From positions 190,967 to 254,966 of the forward strand of contig NW_003314357.1 in the NCBI RefSeq assembly GCF_000143415.4: a stretch of DNA of 64,000 bases. Direction: 5' to 3'. This DNA comes from Selaginella moellendorffii (taxonomy: Eukaryota > Plantae > Lycopodiophyta). Below, piece after piece: positions 59,669 to 64,000 of this stretch. The notes beneath the pieces were generated by a model. The model worked only from the letters and a program-made list of their open reading frames with translations, had not been told where the DNA came from and made no database searches. Position numbers and translations under genes: made by a program. Numbering within the stretch: the stretch's first letter is position 1; each line of letters opens with the position of its first letter.

Positions 59669-62600
59669 TTTAATTTACTTTTGTATTTACATTTATAAAA
59701 AATATACTTTGTTGTATAAAACATATCATTTTTGAGTAAAGTGTTATTTTTTTCATTTTATCCACTCTACTTCATCATTCTCTTGTATTATAGATTAGAT
59801 TGTTCAAACCTAGATTTTAAATTACATAAAACTTAAACTTATAAAATTAGATTTAACGTACTACTATATACATGAATAATTAAAATATATTTTATATTGC
59901 AAGAACCACTGCTTCATTCGAACTCGGCAATAATTTGTGGATAGACTGTATTTACTCTTCTCAAAAGCTCGAGCTCAAGCTTGATCAAAAGTAAGACGTG
60001 TTGCCTACATTGCGCATGACTAAAACTTTGGTTTCGAGCATGTTGTCCATTGCGTACTTGACACCCTCTTGTTGGATTCCAGAGTCTTTGATCCCACCAT
60101 ATGGCTGCCTACCAATGCGCATGCTTGGCAAATCGTTGAGGCAAACTCCTCCAGCCTGTGAGGATCAAATAATCATCAAACAATCGATCCATACTTTCTA
60201 TATCTCAAACGCAAAGCTACCTCTATGTGCTCAAACGCATAGAAGGCCTTGTTGCTCTCTCGGTCTCTAGCACCATCAACCTTTTACCTTTAGGACGGAG
60301 AATGCTTGTCTATAAGCTCCTGGGAGAAGGTCCATAGCTTGTGAGCGAGCTCGGGTTCTCTGCCATAAGCACTACAGTTGGATTTGTTGGAATCCACGAA
60401 GTATTGCCTGGTGACGTCCTTGAGGCTTGGATGTAAAGCTGTGTAGCACGATGAAGAATATTCATAGCTCTTCTTAGATACTGCCACAGTTTCCTCCCTG
60501 CTCTAAAAGACATTTCTCTCCACAGCTGTGCGGATCCCTCCAACTGGATTCACTGCTACCACCTTGAGACAAAGCATTCATGTAATGCCGAAGAAAAAGT
60601 ATTTGACAGGCTTACAGGCCAGTTGGATCCTAGAGCAACCACACTACCGTTTCCGAGGAGGGACCGGAGGTTATAAGATCTGCGTGAGTGCTTCTCACCA
60701 AGTTTCTTCATGGCGTAGTAAGCATCATCTAGAAGTTGCTCTGGCTGTGCAAAAATATAGGGTTTTGCAATGGAGGCAAAATGCACTCATCTGCTTACTT
60801 GCATCGACACAGATATGGAGAACTTCCCAAATTTGAGGTGTGCTCCAGGTGAAAGGTGCTGTGCATGCTCTACCTGCAATCCCACAAGTTCAGTGATACA
60901 AACGTAGATTTGTTCATCATTACTCTCAATCGATGTCCTTGACGAGGATGTTTAGAAATAGCGTCAGTGTAAATTCCAAGTACATCATCGTATGCTGCAT
61001 CACCAATTGCATGTACTGCTAACTGAAGTTCATGATTAAGCATTGGATCAAGGATCATGTAAGTACCTGTAATTTCAACTCAGAAGCAGCACTCACCGAC
61101 TCGGAAAGCCAACTCAGATCGGCCACACAGAGGCCAAAATTGTTTGGATCGTCTTCGTAGTGCTGCGCCAGAAACTTTAATACCTCAGAAAAGCTAATAT
61201 TTACGTGACACCTGGTGAAAGAGAGCTGTTCCCAAGCCCAGCGATCCATCGGCAAAAGAATACATAGAAATAAAAACCACAAATGCGTTTATCAAGGAGT
61301 GGCAGACTGGAGGAGTTTGCGAGTGGGTTTTTTGGTGTTGATCCTCACAATTTGGATAGTAACATGCATTGGCTAGATGCACAGGGTGACACTTACCATG
61401 TCAAGGGTTGAGGTTTCCCTTTTCTCTTTTCTCTTATTTTTCTTTTCTAAGCAAAGTGATTGTTTGTCTAGATGAAGAAGCTGGTGAAAGGCCTCAAGAT
61501 GGAAACAAGTCATTGCAAGAGCAAATGAAATCTCAAGATTGTGAGCTTGATGCGACAGCCACTAGAAGTGCCACTTCAGAGATTGTCTTCTTTGCTAATG
61601 TTGCTTCTCTATGAGGGCCAGGAAGCTGCAAGTGTTGGGTTGTAGACCGTGGCACACCATGGTGTGCTGCAGCTAGCATGAATCACTAGTGTGGTTTAGG
61701 GAGTTTGTGTTGGGCCATGGCTATGCTCCAGTGACAATGTCGGCTTTGGGCAAGGTGGCAAACAATGCATTGATGTGCTCCACACTCCCTACTTGCACAT
61801 ACCCCACCAGCAATGCATTCCACGACACGAGTGAATCAATTGGAAAGATCAGGCTATTCTGCTCTAGTAATGCAGATTTCTAAGATGGAAATTGAGCTTC
61901 TTATTTATTTATATTTTAGTAAATATTTCATAATTATTTAATACTAAAAAGTAGTGTTTGTTTGTAATTCAAATATGTATAGTATATGACCGAGATGAGA
62001 ATAAATTATATATAATATACTTTTATAGTTTATCAAAAGACTACTTTAAGGGGGCCAATGGGGTTTCTTATGTTGTGCAAAGCTTGAGATTTAACTTATA
62101 AACACAAACAAGTAAAAAGAAATATGACTTTGGATATCCTAAAGAAAGGTTGCGGATTAGGCTTTGCACAATGAGTGGAATAAGTAGAGATGCAATTATG
62201 TGTAAAACAAAGTACAAAGTGGGATGGGAAGGATATCCTAAGTTCCCCCTTTTATATCCTACATGCGCGGTCACTAATTATTCTGTGCACTCATGTAATT
62301 TCCTGACTCCAAAAGCCTGAGAGAAAATCCTAAATATAAAGTCTTAAGTGTGGTTTTTTTTCCCTGTTTTCCACTCCTGCACACTCAAGAGCAAAGTAGC
62401 ATGACCCTACATAGATATCCTTAAATTTTTATGGTATCCATTTCTTTAATGATGACTTTGCATAACTACAATAGTAGCTGAGGTATCACTAGTCCTTGGT
62501 GGCTGCTGTAACATTTCCTTTCTTGGTGGTCTTCCTCTGCAGCACCATTTCCAATTTGATAAAGGTACCTGAGGTAATAGCAGCAGTGATCATGACTCCC

Positions 62601-63187
62601 AACTGGCCATCAGTGAGACAAGTGACACAGACATCTCAAACTTCATAATTCAGGTGTTGAAGAATATTCATAGCTCTTCTTAGATACTGCCACAGTTTCC
62701 TCCCTGCTCTAAAAGACATTTCAAATTCTTTTAAGGCTTGTTAATCTCAACCAGTAGATTTTGGCATATGCTTAGTTCCTAGCATTTGACATTATGAAAC
62801 CAGCTTATTCATTTAAATATATAAGCACTAGCAAGAGAATCCAGCTCCATTTAAAATATTAATATTAAATATAAAATTTTTAACAGTTTATTTAAAATAC
62901 TTTTTAAAAAATTGGTGTCCAACATCTACCTTTATTTAATAATATTATTAATAAATCACAAGTCAAGCCAAGTTGTAAGAACATGAAACATTCCTAGATC
63001 ATATAGTTGTTTTTATAGTTAAAACTTAGAGCGTACAAAATCTAAGAATTTTAAACTTTATAACTAAAAGAATAAGTTCTAATTAGAAAATAATTTATAA
63101 AAATAAAATATGATAGCAAAGAAATGTTTAACAAAATTAAAGACATTTGACACTCATAGCATACGTTAGATTTATTTATTTATAAGT
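59319..63187 (-). repeat. Inverted copy of 32059-37129, including amidohydrolase (~60517-61265), SDR (60290-60452) and ALDH terminal-exon (~59985-60155) fragments
   Basis: Reverse-complement identity. Lacks the internal ALDH fragment and the last amidohydrolase exon. Confidence 0.92.
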
Positions 63188-63273
63188 TCCTTTGGAAAAA
63201 TGTGCCACAGGTAAGAAGAATTCTCCCAATTATCTGGAAGTTTTTCATGACTAATACGTGATTGATCTCTCAG

Positions 63274-63646
63274 GGCGCTGCTACAACGTGCTACACAGCT
63301 TTACATCCAAGCCTCAAGGACATCACCAGGCAATACTTCGTGGAGTCCAACAAATCCAACTGTAGTGCTTATGGTAGAGATCCCGAGCTCGCTCACAAGC
63401 TATGGACCTTCTCCCAGGAGCTTATAGACAAGCATTTTCCGTCCTAAAGGTAAAAGGTTGATGGTGCTAGAGACCGAGAGAGCAACAAGGCCTTCTATGC
63501 GTTTGAGCACATAGAGGTAGCTTTGCGTTTGAGATATAGAAAGTATGGATCGATTGTTTGATGATTATTTGATCCTCACAGGCTGGAGGAGTTTCCCTCA
63601 TCAATTTCCCAAGCATGCGCATTGGTAGGCAGCCATATGGTGGGAT
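63274..63646 (+). pseudogene. Third copy of the SDR last exon + ALDH terminal exon chimera
   Basis: ctctcag|GAATTCYTALHPSLKDITRQYFVESN..KLWTFSQELIDKHFPS*, then cacag|AGGVSL..QPYGGI. Confidence 0.85.
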
Positions 63647-64000
63647 CTATTACTTTTGTTCCCCCACTCTTTCCTTTTGTGTTTCCATCTTGTTCTGCTT
63701 TTCCCTTTTCTGATCCCTCCGACGATCTTTGTGTTGCAGCAGTTGACCGGCTCATGAAGGAGTATTCTGATCTCTTTGAATTTGACTTATTTTTTGGGGC
63801 CAAGATTGCCACACGTCATCCGATTCCAACCGGGGATGCTCGTCTAATCAAGGTTCTTGTTCATCGTCGATCACCTAAGGAGATCAAGATTTTACGAGCA
63901 AACGTCAAGGAAATGCTAGAGAAGGGTGTTATTCGGAAGTCGCGGAGTCCTTGGACATATGAACTTCATCTTGTGACGAAGCCTGATGGGAGTATTCGTT
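63646..64000 (+). mobile_element. Internal pol fragment of the element C family, fused directly to the ALDH exon
   Basis: Matches 39690-40045. Has CGA where element C has the TGA stop at 39940. Confidence 0.9.

Overview
Repeat-rich eukaryotic DNA, most likely from a seed-free land plant such as Selaginella (45-70 bp GT-AG introns, ALDH21-like and LAF3-like gene fragments, a Tcn1-like chromovirus); the organism is inferred, not proven. More than half the window is Ty3/gypsy LTR retrotransposon DNA: three full-length but decayed elements (19027-26492, 37844-42870, 45041-50554), a nested and inverted cluster of a related non-autonomous family (5.9-19 kb and 26.5-27.1 kb), and an older gag-protease relic. 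The rest is mostly pseudogene fragments: a TPR + metallo-beta-lactamase fusion, amidohydrolase, SDR, ALDH and a BSD-protein N-terminus. The standout is a ~3.9-kb cassette bracketed by ~115-bp inverted repeats that carries two divergent, head-to-head Fic (AMPylase-family) genes, both with complete HPFxDGNGRxxR motifs. It occurs twice (27.5-31.6 kb and 54.4-58.5 kb), and one Fic gene is frameshifted in the second copy. A second strong signal is a covarying structured-RNA module (two tRNA T-arm-like hairpins plus a GACA-loop hairpin) shared by the autonomous and non-autonomous retroelements. All alignments and translations beyond the ORF track were done by eye, so coordinates may be off by a few bases.
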